DNA of 64,000 nt from an uncultured Solirubrobacterales bacterium (GTDB lineage Bacteria > Actinomycetota > Thermoleophilia > Solirubrobacterales > 70-9). Each line of letters starts with the position of its first letter. Position 1 is the first letter of the stretch. The notes below the pieces were generated by a model. The model saw only the letters and a list, made by a program, of their open reading frames with translations. It did no database searches and was not told where the DNA came from. Both the position numbers and the translations under genes were made by a program. Shown here piece after piece: positions 63,365-64,000 of the stretch. Location: positions 14,631 through 78,630 of the forward strand of contig CAVVHQ010000044.1 of the NCBI GenBank assembly GCA_963748075.1. The letters are read 5' to 3'.

Positions 63365-64000
63365 TCAGGCGCTTGCGGCGGCGAGGTCGCGCACGGGGTC
63401 GATGCCCCAGCGCCCCCCGACCTCGACCAGAGCCTCGCTCACGGCCCAGCCGTCGGGGCGCTCCTCGCCCTCGTGGTCGGGGCTGGCGCCCTTCAGCGCC
63501 ATGCAGCCGCTGTTGTCGCCGACGGCGCGGATCGCGGCGAGGTCCGCCTCGCTCAGCCGCTGCTCGGCCGGCATCCGCCCCAGTTCCACCTTCTTGGCCT
63601 CGATCGGGCAGGCCTCCGGGGCCGCCTCTTGGACCAACGTCGGCGCCACGCACTCGACCGCCGGGTGGGCGAGGTTCCACTGGCAAGCGAGCTGGATCGG
63701 CGTCAGCCGCGCCCGTTCGGCGATCGGCAGCACGCGCTCCAGCTTCTCCAGGCCGGCCTCGATCCAGCCCGGCGGCCGGAAGGCGCGGTGGTCGTGGGGC
63801 GCCAGCTCGGCATCGGGCCGCAGGTCGCCCCAGAAGATCCCGCCGTAGTCGACGACGCGGGTCAGCACCTTGACCTCGTGGCGCGCCGCAGCCTCGAGGC
63901 AAAGCTCGCCGGGCCAGGGCTCGAACGGGTTGAGGATGATCATCGCCCAGTCGATCCGCTTGCCGAAGCGCTCCAGGCAATCGATCAGGTCGAGGGTGAA
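63365..64000 (-). CDS. Aldo/keto reductase family protein (N-terminus beyond the window edge)
   Basis: The frame is open to the window end (…FTLDLIDCLERFGKRIDWAMIILNPFEPW…). The C-terminal part reads LTPIQLACQWNLAHPAVECVAPTL. Confidence 0.55.
   Translation of the reverse strand, partial: FTLDLIDCLERFGKRIDWAMIILNPFEPWPGELCLEAAARHEVKVLTRVVDYGGIFWGDLRPDAELAPHDHRAFRPPGWIEAGLEKLERVLPIAERARLTPIQLACQWNLAHPAVECVAPTLVQEAAPEACPIEAKKVELGRMPAEQRLSEADLAAIRAVGDNSGCMALKGASPDHEGEERPDGWAVSEALVEVGGRWGIDPVRDLAAASA

Overview
This is a 64-kb, roughly 70% GC chromosomal segment from a high-GC Gram-positive-type bacterium. Gene content and synteny resemble deep-branching Actinomycetota; the sequence alone does not allow a finer assignment. 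I worked by eye with no homology searches, so family names come from recognised motifs and element boundaries are approximate. I count about 60 protein genes, almost all housekeeping. They include an AddAB-like helicase-nuclease pair, xseAB, a MarP-like protease, a class B PBP, gltB and the lysA-hom-thrC-thrB operon. There are also three beta-oxidation clusters, an ECF sigma pair, a plsC-gpsA fusion, a ring-cleavage dioxygenase with maleylacetate reductase, and one tRNA-Thr(TGT). The conserved disA-carD-ispD / ispF / cysS-rlmB-sigH block is present. I found no rRNA, CRISPR array, transposase, integrase or recognisable defence cluster. The unusual content is the repeat and palindrome architecture rather than a gene cluster. 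(1) A family of about 100-130 bp palindromic elements bounded by terminal inverted repeats (TIRs) occurs five times, and its terminal TGA serves as the stop codon of the neighbouring gene. (2) A 183-bp MITE (miniature inverted-repeat transposable element) with TIRs and an 8-bp target duplication is nested inside another long-hairpin repeat, with a second copy 22 kb away. (3) Palindromic elements are translated in-frame inside cysS (98 bp) and inside the addA-like gene (45 bp, perfect), reminiscent of Rickettsia palindromic elements. Other points: a 21-nt operator-like motif upstream of three beta-oxidation units, probable non-canonical (ATT/ATC) starts for carD and a zinc-ribbon-FHA gene, two frame-broken genes, a Bacillus-type sigH orthologue, a DUF4258/DUF2283 toxin-antitoxin-like pair and an AT-rich orphan island.
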